DNA of 64,000 nucleotides from Scyliorhinus canicula (GCF_902713615.1 NC_052169.1:3599800-3663799); one strand, 5' to 3'. Counted from the first letter of the stretch, positions 1 to 11,635 are shown. A program made the numbers and translations. The notes: generated by a model from the letters alone, not told the origin.

Positions 1-712
1 GAAGGTGCTGACTCTCACTGGGGGACAGTTCCTGAAGGTGCTGACTCTCACTGGGACACAGTTCCTGAAGGTGCTGACTCTCACTGGGAGATACAGTTCC
101 TGAAGGTGCTGACTCTCACTGGGGGACAGTTCCTGAAGGTGCTGACTCTCACTGGGACACAGTTCCTGAAGGTGCTGACTCTCACTGGGACAGTTCCTGA
201 AGGTGCTGACTCTCACTGGGGGCAGTTCCTGAAGGTGCTGACTCTCACTGGGACACAGTTCCTGAAGGTGCTGACTCTCACTGGGACACAGTTCCTGAAG
301 GTGCTGACTGTCACTGGGACACAGTTCCTGAAGGTGCTGACTCCCACTGGAACACAGTTCCAGAAGGTGCTGACTCCCACTGGGAGGCACAGTTCCTGAA
401 GGTGCTGACTCTCACTGGGACACAGTTCCTGAAGGTGCTGACTCTCACTGGGGGACAGTTCCTGAAGGTGCTGACTCTCACTGGGACACAGTTCCTGAAG
501 GTGCTGACTCTCACTGGGACACAGTTCCTGAAGGTGCTGACTCTCACTGGGGGACAGTTCCTGAAGGTGCTGACTCTCACTGGGACACAGTTCCTGAAGG
601 TGCTGACTCTCACTGGGGGACAGTTCCTGAAGGTGCTGACTCTCACTGGGGGACAGTTCCTGAAGGTGCTGACTCTCGCTGAGACACAGTTCCTGAAGGT
701 GCTGACTCTCAC
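1..712. repeat. 33-bp minisatellite (CTGACTCTCACTGGGACACAGTTCCTGAAGGTG)n, about 21 copies, truncated by window start
   Basis: Tandem repetition is directly visible and gives the 11-aa periodic ORFs (VLTLTGTQFLK). Confidence 0.97.
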
Positions 713-884
713 AGCCCCTCGGTCTGCATTGCCAAGATCAATAAACTCAGCACTGGTCAAAGATTGAGCCTACTTCGTATCCATGTAGAAGGTGCACCTT
801 CCCAATGAGGCAGCAAGGTTGATGACTGAGCTAATGTTAAAGAAAGAATGGTCACTGACATAAATCAGATATTCTACTACTAAA

Positions 885-2260
885 AGAAGAACTTGCATTG
901 ATATAGACCTTCTATAAACAAGGGTCATCCAAAAGTGCTTTCCAGCGAATTGATTATTTCTTGATACACGGTCGCTGTCATAAAAAAGCGCTGCCTCATT
1001 CCCCCCACCTCCAACAGTGCAGCACTGACCCTCTGTACTGACCCCCTGACAGTGCAGCACTCCCTCAGCACAGACCCTCTGACAGTGCGGCACTCCCTCA
1101 GTACTGACCCTCTGACAGTGCGGCACTCCCTCAGTACTGATCCTCTGACAGTGCGGCACTCCCTCAGTACTGACCCTCTGACATTGCAGCATTCCCTCAG
1201 TACTGACCCTCTGACAGTGCGGCACTCCCTCAGTACTGACCCTCTTACAGTGCGGCACTCCCTCAGTACTAACCTTCTGACAGTGCGGCACTCCCTCAGT
1301 ACTGACCCTCTAACAGTGCGGCACTCCCTCAGTACTGACCCTCTGACACTGCAGCACTCTCTCAGCACTGACCCTCTGACATTGCGGCACTCCCTCAGTA
1401 CTGACCCTCTGACAGTGCAGCACTCCCTCAGTACTGACCCTCTGACAGTGCGGCACTCCCTCAGTACTGACCCTCTGACAGTGCAGCACTCCCTCAGTAC
1501 TGACCCTCTGACAGTGCGGCACTCCCTCAGTACTGACCCTCTGACAGTGCGGCACTCCCTCAGCACTGACCCTCTGACAGTGCAGCACTCCCTCAGTACT
1601 GACCCTCTTGACAGTGCGGCGCTCCCTCAGTACTGACCCTCTGACAGTGCAGCACTCCCTCAGTACTGACCCTCTGACAGTGCGGCACTCCCTCAGTACT
1701 GACCCTCTGACAGTGCAGCACTCCCTCAGTACTGACCCTCTGACAGTGCGGCACTCCCTCAGTACTGACCCTCTGACAGTGCAGCACTCCCTTAGTACTG
1801 ACCCTCTGACAGTGCGGCACTCCCTCAGTACTGACCCTCTGACAGTGCGGCACTCCCTCAGTACTGACCCTCTGACAGTGCGGCACTCCCTCAGTACTAA
1901 CCCTCTGACAGTGTGGCACTCCCTCAGTACTGACCCTCTGACAGTGCGGCACTCCCTCAGTACTGACCCTCTGACAGTGCGGCACTCCCTCAGTACTGAC
2001 CCTCTGACAGTGCAGCACTCCCTCAGTACTGACCCTCTGACATTGCAGCTCTCCCTCAGTACTGACCCTCTGACAGTGCAGCACTCCCTCAGTACTGACC
2101 TTCTGACAGTGCAGCACTCCCTCAGTACTGACCCTCTGACAGTGCGGCACTCCCTCAGTACTGACCCTCTGACAGTGTGGCACTCCCTCAGCACTGACCC
2201 TCTGACAGTGCGGCACTCCCTCAGTACTGACCGTCAGTCTGGATTCCTACTCATGCCCAG
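885..2260 (-). mobile_element. Deu-domain SINE (SacSINE1/AmnSINE-like) remnant hosting an internal tandem expansion
   Basis: 885-960 resembles the reverse complement of the Deu-SINE 3' tail (aacttgcatt.atatag.cctt...). CACCTCC.ACAGTGCAGCAC at about 1005-1025 and GTCAGTCTGGATT after the array continue the Deu domain as recalled. Confidence 0.6.
1012..2232. repeat. 33-bp minisatellite (CACTCCCTCAGTACTGACCCTCTGACAGTGCRG)n, about 37 copies
   Basis: Highly homogeneous tandem repetition is directly visible. Confidence 0.97.
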
Positions 2261-2674
2261 TCAGACCAGGGGGAAATGTCGATGACCTGGTTGCCAAGCG
2301 ATGGGTTGATTCTGAGGGAGGGATGCACCTTTCGGCCTGCTGGCTTTAATTTTCAGCATTTTCCTATCCAACTGCTCATTGCACTTTCCCTTAATCTAAA
2401 TGGACTCCTTCGTCCCCAATTGAGGGGAAATCAGACTCATCTCTGACTCAGATTCATTCTCTCTGAATACTGTGGACCTGCTCACATCCATCGACCTTCT
2501 CTGCCTCCTAAACCCCAACTCCCCCTTAGCCTTGTCCCCTTCCCCGTTCAACCCCGCCAGTTACCTGTGCTCGAAAACTGCGCTCACACATTCCCCCACG
2601 GTCGAAGAGCTCGGGGTTCAGGGTACCCACAAGTCGAATACACCCCGATTTCGTCCTTGACTCTTTTGTAACAG

Positions 2675-2956
2675 GCTGTGCAGTCTGGGGAATGCCAACA
2701 CCATGCTGCAGTGAAGCACCACAAAAATCACAGGCTGGCAAAATCAGACTCTCCCACCTCCAATAACCAACTCTCGATGAAAAGGGTTCTGCGGCCCGAC
2801 AGCTTTCTGCTCAGCGAGGATGAGATGTGGACGGACCCCGAACTCGGAATGTCAAACTGTGTCGAGGCAGCATTAAAGAAGAGATTAACTGCAAATCCTT
2901 TGAGGCTCTTTAAACCTGCTTATTATACGGAAATAGAACTTGGGACAACACTTTAA
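2675..2956 (+). CDS. Candidate 3'-terminal coding exon of an unidentified gene (93 aa, ends ...YYTEIELGTTL*)
   Basis: Branch-like CCTTGAC, pyrimidine tract and CAG acceptor (ctcttttgtaacag|GCT) are followed by an open frame in unique sequence ending in a class I PDZ-type T-T-L motif. No homologue recognised. Confidence 0.35.
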   Translation, partial: AVQSGECQHHAAVKHHKNHRLAKSDSPTSNNQLSMKRVLRPDSFLLSEDEMWTDPELGMSNCVEAALKKRLTANPLRLFKPAYYTEIELGTTL

Positions 2957-3427
2957 AACGCTCAGCACACCAATGACCTGGAGGTTGTTGAGTAGACGGC
3001 GCAGGATGAAATGGATTCTGAAATCACACTGTGCTCCCCTTGGTCACACTTTACCTTGCAGAAGCTGTGGTCATGTTCCAGGGCAAGTTGTTCCTCTTCT
3101 CCACTCTGTCTGGGCAAACGACCCGGAATCTTTCGGGACAATTGCATTTTAAAACCAGAATAGGCCCCGTCCATAGCTAGACAAAGCGATCTCCTTTATT
3201 TAAATTAACTCTCAGGACGTGGGTACCATTGGCAGGACCAGCATTTGCTGCCCATCACTAATTGCCCTCGAGACGGCAATGCTGAATCATTGAATATGTG
3301 CAGATGAATAAGGAGTGGACCATTCGGCCCCTCGAGCCTGTTCCGCCATTCACGGTTGGCCGGATTGTAACTCAACCCCACGTTCCTGCCGACCCCCGAT
3401 AATTCCGCGTTAATCAAGGATCTATCA

Positions 3428-3600
3428 GGGGCTGGTTTAGCTCACTGGGCTAAATCGCTGGCTTTTAAAGCAGGCCAGCAGCTCGGTTCGATTCCCGTAC
3501 CAGCCTCCCCGGACAGGTGCCAGAATGTGGCGACTAGGGGCTTTTGACAGTAACTTCATTGAAGCCTACTCGTGACAATAAGCCATTTTCATTTCATTTC
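3428..3600 (+). mobile_element. tRNA-derived short SINE with (CATTT)n tail
   Basis: Pol III A box (TAGCTCACTGG) and B box (GGTTCGATTCC). Same family at 27080-27250, 35103-35285 and 6295-6385(-). Confidence 0.8.
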
Positions 3601-3609
3601 AAGCTCTCC

Positions 3610-4240
3610 CGTACAAATATTCCAGGGCACTGCTTCCAGAGAAAGAGATTTCCAAAGACTCTTAAACCTCAGAGAAAGAATTTGCACCTTTGAGTTAAAT
3701 GGACGACCCCTTATTTGTAAGCTGTGATCCCGAATTCTAGATTCTGCAAGAGGAATCATCCTCTCCACATCCAGTAAACCTTCTCTGAATTGCTTCCAAT
3801 GCATTTACATCCTTCCTTAAATAAGGAGACCGATACTGTCCACAATACTGCAGTTGCGATCTCATCAATGCCCTGTACATCCACAGCATCTCCTTACTTT
3901 CGTAATCAATTCCTCACTATAAACAAAACATTCTATTAACTTTCCCAATTACTCGCTGTACCTGCAGACTAACATTTTGCAATGCATGCACTAGGACACC
4001 CAGATCCCTCTGCAATCTCTCCCCATTTGGATAATAAGCTTGCTTATTCCTCCTGCCAAAGTGGAAAATTTCCCATTTTCCAACTTTATACTCCATTTGC
4101 CAGATCTTTGCCTGCTGACCTAACCTATCGATGTCCCTTTGCAGCCTCCTTATGTCCTCTTCACAACTTACTTTCCTCCCTATCTTTGAGTCAGCGGCAA
4201 GTTTAGCAACCTGACCACTGGTCCCATCATTTATACAAAT
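3610..4240 (-). mobile_element. CR1-type LINE ORF2 3' fragment, decayed
   Basis: Minus-strand translation GLLDVERMIPL..SRIRDHSLQIRGRPF is typical of the CR1 ORF2 C-terminus. Confidence 0.8.
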
Positions 4241-4244
4241 TGTA

Positions 4245-4625
4245 AAGTTTTTAGAAATATATTTTTATTCAGCTTTTTCAAATTTTAGACATAGCAACAG
4301 CAAAAACAGGTAATAACAAACGCCACCCCAACCCCTCCCCCTAAAAAATGTGTAGGATCGCCGACATGGTGCCAGAGGATGAGACCCAGAAACCCACAAG
4401 CTTAGGACACGACCAGAACATGGTTAGCCAGGCCCCTCCCACAACACTCACCCCCTCAAGTAGCCATTGGACTTGGTCAATGGAGCCCCATGCACTCCCT
4501 TCAACTCTATCAGCCCTAACCTCGCACATGACGTTACGTTCACCCTCCACAGAATCTCACGCCACACCACCGCCTCGATCCCCAACTCCTCCTCCCTCTT
4601 GGCTTTCACCCCTTTCAAGTCAAGG
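4245..4625 (-). mobile_element. L1/Tx1-type LINE 3' end fragment
   Basis: MFWSCPKLVGFW C-terminal motif and AATAAA/A-rich end near 4250-4270. Confidence 0.7.
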
Positions 4626-6029
4626 TGGTGTGTGGCTTGGAGGGGAACTGGCAGCACTGTTGCTGGTCAATGCAGGATGTTGACAGAGGGGAGGTTCGGC
4701 CATGGTAATGCGGTTGAACTTCTCGCGTTAGAAACGATCATTGCCTGGCAGTGGTGTAGCGTGACTGTTACTTTGCTACTTCTCAGGTGAAGCCTGCGGT
4801 CGTTCAGGAAATGTTACCTGTGGGTATGGACCAATTCGGTAAGTGCGGAGGTGCAAATGGATATGCACACATTTGTACATGCAGAAACTGGGATCCGTTT
4901 ATGACTTTGAATACATGGTCTATGCCAGTGTGTGTGTGTGTGTGGGGGGGGGGCGGAAAGAGGGGGGGCAATGTGAGGCCCACCTGGGTTGAGCCCCATG
5001 AGACATTTGGACCGTTGCCCGCGCAAAATGCCACCACATTCCACTGATTCCTGTCCGTGTAGTATTTTTCCTACCAGGATGACTGAAATGGTTCTCACGT
5101 AAAGCGAGGGTGAGTGAAGTGAGGAGTGTGCTGATTGCTCACAACACTGACTGTGAGAGCCGTGCGCTCCCTCTGCGCCCAATGTTTAATTGTTTCTTTT
5201 GTTTTTACCATTTGAAGTTAGTGACAGTTCTATGAATATATTAATTATTAAGCATTTTCTATAACTCGTTCTGAAATATTTGGCGTGTATTAAATGTATT
5301 CAATCTTATTCATGGGGTCATGATGAGTGAACAAGCCCCGATTTCAATCTCACAACCCACAGATGGAGGGTCACTAATGCGGCCCATCCTAGGTCAATGC
5401 GCTGTTCCTGTCATAGGGGGGAGTTGGGGACCCTTTTATAACTGCATTTTGAATCAAATACAAATTACAACATGGAATCTGCCCATGTTAGTGTTTATTT
5501 TCCATATGACAAGTCGCTCGTCACACATCCTTTTATTCCCCTCGCCTTTAACCATCTATTTTTAAACGTTGACACTTTCTGCCTCAGTCACTTGCTCCAC
5601 AAGCTCTCAAACATGGGTGTAAGGAAGTCAACCCTAGGTCTTTCGGTGTAACCTTTCCCTCTTGTTCTAGAACTCCCTATCACCGGAAATGTATTACTAT
5701 CTGCTCTGCTCCATCAGTCCATGTTTCTGCGCCCCCATCTTTAGAATTCTTTCCATTTTAATTGTTCACATGGTGAATTTCCACCTTGCTATCTCTGCAC
5801 TATCCAGATTGCAATCTACTCAAAGGCTGTGGGCTGCACTAAGATTTTATAGATTCCCCATTATGTCCTGACTGTTATATCCCGTACTTTCATTACCAAA
5901 CCCAGCACTCCATGGTCACCCATTTGGAACAGCTACTTTTAATATCGCGTAAAACTTTTTTTTTAAATGTATAATTTTTTTAAAATTTAGAGCACACAAC
6001 TCTAACCACTGCGCCACTTGCCACCCCGA

Positions 6030-6294
6030 ATGTCGAGAAACATAAAAAACGACTGGAAAAGTTTCTACAGGAATGTGAAAACGAAAAGATTAGTAAAGAC
6101 CTATGTGGGTCCGTTCCAGGCAGACACAGGAGCGTTTATAATGGGGTGTGAGGAAATGGCAGAGAAACTAAACAACATGTGTCTGTCTTCACAGAGGAAG
6201 ATAAAGAAATTGTCCAAAAAACACCAGAGAACCAAGGGACTGGCAGAGATTAGTATTGGTGAAAAAGTAGCACTGCAGAAATTAATGGGGTTGA
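6030..6294 (+). mobile_element. CR1-type LINE fragment
   Basis: NIKNDWKSFYRNVKTKRLVKTYVGP...EEMAEKLN motif. Confidence 0.8.
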
Positions 6295-6560
6295 AAGTAC
6301 CGGAGGCCGGTACGGGAATTGAACCCGCGCTGCTGGCCTTGTTGTGCATTACAAGTCAGCTGTTTATCCCACTGTGCTAAACCAGTCCAATTTAGCGTGG
6401 CCAATCCGCCTACCCTGCACATCTTTTTTGGGTTGTGGGGGTGAAACCCACGCGCACACAGGGAGAATGTGCAAACTCCACGCGGACCGTGACCCAGGGC
6501 CGGGATCGAGCCCGGGTCCACGGTACAGTGAGGCAGCAATGCTAACCACTGCGCCACCAT
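6295..6560 (-). mobile_element. Two adjacent SINEs: tRNA-head SINE (6295-6385) and V-SINE (6386-6560)
   Basis: A/B boxes on the minus strand and V-domain GTGGAGTTTGCACATTCTCCC. Confidence 0.8.
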
Positions 6561-7104
6561 GTAATACATGACCCCCAATCACTCTGCCCTTCCAGTGCAT
6601 CCTTTCTGCCATCGTCCAACTTGCTGATCATAACGTACTGCCTCGTATTCACCAACACGAATTCGACCCAACAGAGATTTTTGTGCAGTCCACAACCTTA
6701 ATATCCTTCATTTTGCTCTCCATATTAGGTACTGCACTTCCTACTTTATAGAGATTTACAGAAGAATGAGGAGTGGGCCATTGAACCATCCATGCCTGCT
6801 TTGCCGTTCCATGAGGTGACAGCTGATCTGATCCAGGCCTCCCCATAACCCAAGGTTTGTAGCCCAGAACCATGGACAGTTAAGGTAAAGGCTCCAACTG
6901 CCTTCCCTCAGACGACCGATCAGGGATTCCTCCGACTCTTACCAGCTGCCATTGGCATGTGATTTGCAGGTTGATACTCAATCGGTTATGAACTCACCTT
7001 CCTCGGCCTGGGATGGGACTCAAATCTCCAGACTCTGGCTCAAAGGGCAGGGATCTTACCCACTGCACCCAAGACCTAACAACACTCCCTCAAATTATTT
7101 TTTT

Positions 7105-7330
7105 ATATAATAAATTTAGAGTACCCAATTCATTTCTTCCAATTAATGGGCAATTAAGTGTTGCCAGTCCACCTAGCCTGCACAGCTTTGGGTTGTGGGG
7201 GCGAAACCCACGCAGACACGGGGAGAATGTGCAAACTCCACACGGACAGTGACCCAGGGCCGGGATCAAACCTGGGACCTCGGTGCCGTGAGGCACGAGT
7301 GCTAACCCACTGCACCACCGTTCTGCCCAC
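7105..7330 (-). mobile_element. V-SINE (HE1-like, short shark subfamily)
   Basis: tRNA head, V-domain and AATTGGGTACTCTAAATTT tail. Confidence 0.85.
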
Positions 7331-7491
7331 TCCCTCAAATTATAGATGAACAGCTGTCTTAGAAAACTCTGTGGGACACCACCAAACATCTCCAACCACT
7401 GAGAATCTTCTGGTGTCGGCATCTTTCCTCAAATGGAGGGAAATGATTTGTGTTGATTGGACTAAGGGGACAGTGAAAAAATAGAGCCAGT

Positions 7492-7675
7492 TGGACAGCG
7501 CAGTGGTTACCACTGCTGCCTCCCGGTATCGAGGTCCCAGGTTCGATCCCGGCCCCGGGCCACTGTCTGTGCGGAGTTTGCACATTGTCCCCGTGTCTCT
7601 GACCTCCCACAACCCAAAGATGTAGGTGGATTGGCCACACTAATTTGCCCCTTAATTGGAATAATTAAAAAGAAA
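7492..7675 (+). mobile_element. V-SINE, internally deleted
   Basis: GGTTCGATCCC B box, partial V-domain and CCCCTTAATTGG tail. Confidence 0.8.
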
Positions 7676-8301
7676 AATAGAGCCAGGCCTTTCAGCAGTG
7701 AAGTTAAGAAGCACACCAAAGGTGGTAGAAGTTTGAAACTACCTTCCACAAACAGGGCCACACCCGTGAATCATTTAACTCTGAGATGGGTGAGATTTCT
7801 GTTATGTACGGGGCAAAGTTCAGTCACAGATCAGCCATGATCTCATTAAACGGTGGAATGGCCACAATCAGTAAAATGCAATGTCCCGATTCCAATGTTT
7901 TTTTTTTAAATCGCAGTTTTTCAATTTGCCACACTCCCCTACTTTTCTCTGTGCGTAATTGCGACAACGGCTTTTTCAAAGACCAAAGCTGCATAATGGG
8001 GCCAGCTGGGGTCCTGGCACGATGAGGGGCTCAGTCTATGCATTAAAAAAGGGGTAATCAAGGTACAGCAGAGGTGGAATACAATCAGGGAATCTTAGAG
8101 GCAGGGCAGCCAGAAACAAGGAGGTCCAGAATATTACTTTAAATTGAGAAGCTGAAGAAGAAATTACTGTTTCAAACTTTAATGGGCGAATGTGGGGCTG
8201 ATCGACCATTTTTCACACTAAGAATCATCTTCACCTCCACATTGTTAAATGTCCAAAGGCAAGTAGACATCAAGGCCAGGTTTGAGTCAGTGAGCTTGTA
8301 T

Positions 8302-8307
8302 TTTATT
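8302..8307 (-). terminator. Putative HYPK polyadenylation signal AATAAA
   Basis: TTTATT on the plus strand about 250 nt downstream of the HYPK stop. Confidence 0.55.
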
Positions 8308-8559
8308 GATTCAAGTCCTTTCGTTCCTTCCCATTCGGAAGGCTTTGCCCGTCTTCAGGATTCAGTGTTGGATCGCGAGCAGCACGTGTGCCAGCAAAGC
8401 ATTCACCTCACCATGACCATCCCAGCCACCAAACAGTGGGCAGTGTTTGCACAGATGGATGGACCTCCACTTCCATCCACCCCTGCCCCCAATCTCTTTA
8501 CAGTCCCCCCCACTCCCTCACCAACATGTCCGAGACAGTCCCAGGAAACAAGCCGTGAC

Positions 8560-8655
8560 TCAGTCAGTGAGAGCGATCAAAGCTTCGACGACGTTGCCCA
8601 AATGTTCCCGTAGACCTCGTTCGGCTGCATTTCGAGAAATCTCCATCTCATTCAT
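8560..8655 (-). CDS. HYPK: Huntingtin-interacting protein K, coding exon 4 (last): MNEMEISRNAAERGLREHLGNVVEALIALTD*
   Basis: CAG acceptor at 8658-8656, phase 0, UBA-like C-terminus matching vertebrate HYPK, TGA at 8562-8560. Confidence 0.95.
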   Translation of the reverse strand: MNEMEISRNAAERGLREHLGNVVEALIALTD

Positions 8656-9344
8656 CTGGAGAAAAAATGACAAACAAATGTGTCACAGGGGGTGGCGTTT
8701 ACATGGTTTCCCCTCACCTTCACTGGCTTGTGCTGGACATGTTTTGTCGGAGACTTTTAACAATATACGGAGTTTTTAATGATCTGGTGACGACAGCAGA
8801 GTAAATTACTTCAAATTCAATAAATATTAATGGGGGGGGGGGGGGGGGGGGACTATGGGGACAGAAGAGGGGTGTGGGACTAATCGGATTACTCTTTCAA
8901 AGAGCTACCGCAGGGGCGATGGGCTGAATGGCCTCCCTCTTGTCACAAGATTCAATAAGGTTAAGAAAGCCCTGCGTTATTCCAATCTGACATGTCAGGC
9001 CAGCACACACATTCTGCAATCATTTGGTTGTTATTCAAAAACTGCAGCCATTCTGCTTCAGGTGAATCAGTAGGGTCAGGGATTCTTAAAACCCACCTGA
9101 CGTGGCAGACAGAGCCTCGCTTTAATGGCGTACCAGTAAAACAACATTTCTTAGAAATTGTCAGTCCCTTGTTCTGCAGTGGTGCTCAAACCCACATCCT
9201 CCTGTGGTGGGAGCAGACTGAAGCAGACAAACAATTTTTTTTCTGATTCCATTCTGAGTTAATTGGACTGAAGCCACTATGAAATTTGAATGGTTAATTG
9301 GGCCAACACCCTAAATCCTTGCAATACACAATGAACTGACTGCA

Positions 9345-10320
9345 ACATAGAATATAGGAGGGCATTCGGCCCTTCGAGCCTGTTCCACCACTTATCATGA
9401 TCATGGTTGATCATTCAACTCAGTAACCTGTTCCCACTTTCCTCGCCTTGGGGCTAATGATCCCATTAGCCCCAAGAGCAACATCTAGCTCCTTCTTGAA
9501 CATGTAACGTTATGGCCACAACTACTTTTTGTGGTAGCGATTTCCACCGGCTCACACTCAAGTGAAAACATTTAAATTCATCTCTGTCCTAAATGGTCTA
9601 CCCTGTAACCTCAGACTGTGACCCCTGGTTCTGGACTCCCCGACATCGGGAACATATCCTTCCTGCCTCTACCCTGTCTAGTCCTGTTACAATTTTCTAA
9701 GTTTCATTGAGATCCCCGTTCATTCTTCTGAACCCCAGTGAATATAATCCTAACTGACTCAATCTCCTCATACGTCAGTCCCGCCATCCCAGGAATCAGT
9801 CGGTAAACCTTTGCTGCACTCCCTCCATAGCAAGAACATCCTTCCTCAGATAAGGAGACCAAAACTGCACACAATATTCCAGGTGTGGCCTCACCAAGGC
9901 CCTGTATAATTGCAGCAAGACACCCCTGCTCCTGTACTCCAATCCTCTCGCTATGAAGACCAGCATAACATTTGCCGTCTTTACCGACTGCTGTACCTTT
10001 CAGTGACTAGTGTAGACACTCAGGTCTTGTTGCGCATTCTCATCCCTCAATCTGTGGCCATTCAATAATAATCTGCCTTCCTGTTTTTGCTACAAAGGTG
10101 GATAACCTCAATTTATCCAATTATACAGCATCTGCCATGCATTTGCCCACTTACTGAACTTGTCCAAGTCACACTGAAGGATCTCTGCATCCTCCTCACA
10201 GCTCACCCTCCCACACAATGTGGTGTCAAATTTGGAGATATTTAGTTCCCTCATCTAAATCATTAATATATATTGTGAACAGCTGGGGTCCCAGCACCAA
10301 TCCATGTGGCACTCCACTAT
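9345..10320 (-). mobile_element. CR1-type LINE 3' fragment in HYPK intron 3
   Basis: Reverse complement encodes LYRALVRPHLEYCVQFWSPYLRKD and carries the CR1 3' tail. Confidence 0.88.
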
Positions 10321-10737
10321 TAGTTATCATCCAATCTATAGGATCTAACTAGCTTGCAAAAAAATATTTTAAACATTTACATAAGATTTACCAAACCAGT
10401 CCCACCACCATGCTGGTGATAATAGGCCATCAAGCCTCCTCCCTCCATCTCCCCTTGCTATTCCTTTACCCCTCATGCAGTTACCGAAATGCATCTGTTT
10501 CGGCTGAGCCTTTGAGGAAGTACAGATGCAACCAGACACGGAGTACTGAGCGGGAAACTCTACCCATTTTATTTTGCATGGGGGTTTTCTTTTGCCCCGT
10601 CTCCAATGAACATCAGCATTGAGCAGGAATCTCCCACGTTTAACTTGGCACGGTATCATACTGGGGACCTGGCAGATAAAGCTGTCTTGAATCATTTTTT
10701 TAAAAAAATGCTTTGTGTAATTGCAAACATGACTTAC

Positions 10738-10789
10738 AATCAATTCGACATCTTCCTTCCTGATGGTCACTTTTGCCAGCTCTTTCTCC
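10738..10789 (-). CDS. HYPK: HYPK coding exon 3: (R)EKELAKVTIRKEDVELI
   Basis: AG acceptor at 10791-10790, GTAAGT donor at 10737, phase 2 to 0 consistent. Confidence 0.95.
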
Positions 10790-11164
10790 CTGAAGGGAAA
10801 ATGGGGGGAAAAATTAACCGCAGTTCTTACCCAGGCTGACTAATACAAGGCACAGCGAACTGGAAGAATGAACTTTCACCTCTCAGATGAAAGCAATTGG
10901 TCTGAAAGCCTTAAAAACAGCAGGACAGCACAAGAAGCTGGATCAGGTAGGAGAAGGGGTGCTTCAGGGAAAAGACTGAGAATGTGTTTTCAAGGGTAGG
11001 ACCCATGTGCAGAGAGCATCTGGACGTTAGGATATTGGGAAATGGGGGGGTCAATCAGTGACGTTAATGAAGGACCATGATGACGGAGGTTCAGCTACTG
11101 ACAATGAGATGGAGGAGATTAGAATCAGAACACAGAAGGTGTGACCGAGGAGGTATTAATTACA

Positions 11165-11338
11165 GTAAGAAGTCTTACAACACCAGGTTAAAGTCCAACA
11201 GGTTTGTTTCAAACACTAGCTTTCGGAGCACTGCTCCTTCCTCAAGTGAATGTTGATTCACCTGTTGGACTTTAACCTGGTGTTGTAAGACTTCTTACTG
11301 TGTCCACCCCAGTCCAATGCTAGCATCTCCACATCATG
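11165..11338. mobile_element. Penelope-derived inverted-repeat insertion with 13-bp TSD (GGTATTAATTACA) and a hammerhead-like motif
   Basis: Perfect 42-bp inverted arms 11162-11203 and 11260-11301. TSD at 11152-11164 and 11339-11351. The same sequence ends the Penelope fragment at 57050-57170. Confidence 0.8.
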
Positions 11339-11635
11339 GGTATTAATTACATTGGAGGAGTGGGAGGGTCACAAGAGGTTGCACGGGCGACAATCAGAGA
11401 TCTGTAAACAACATTGAGGACATCAGAATCAATGTTTTGAGGTTCTGAGTCAGCAAGGGGCTACACCACTTCAGCCTGAAGGAATGGCCAGACGGGGATT
11501 GCAGCAGGGGCTCAGGTTTGTGACAGGAGCTGGACTAAAGTTGGAAGGTTTTTCACTCCCCGGTACCATTCCTGCTTCCCTTCCTTCACCAACCCCCAAA
11601 GAGTAACCTGCAAACATCGAATGGGTGATTCAGAC

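Noticed and set aside
106-2285. Periodic 11-aa repeat ORFs
   Set aside because: 33-bp minisatellites that are open on both strands.
3428-3500. tRNA-like sequences here and at other SINE heads
   Set aside because: The A/B boxes run into SINE bodies and no complete cloverleaf is present.
4787-4838. Exon-like segment ttctcag|...|gtaagt
   Set aside because: The acceptor lies in sequence resembling decayed LINE, the peptide is unrecognisable, and no partner exon was found.
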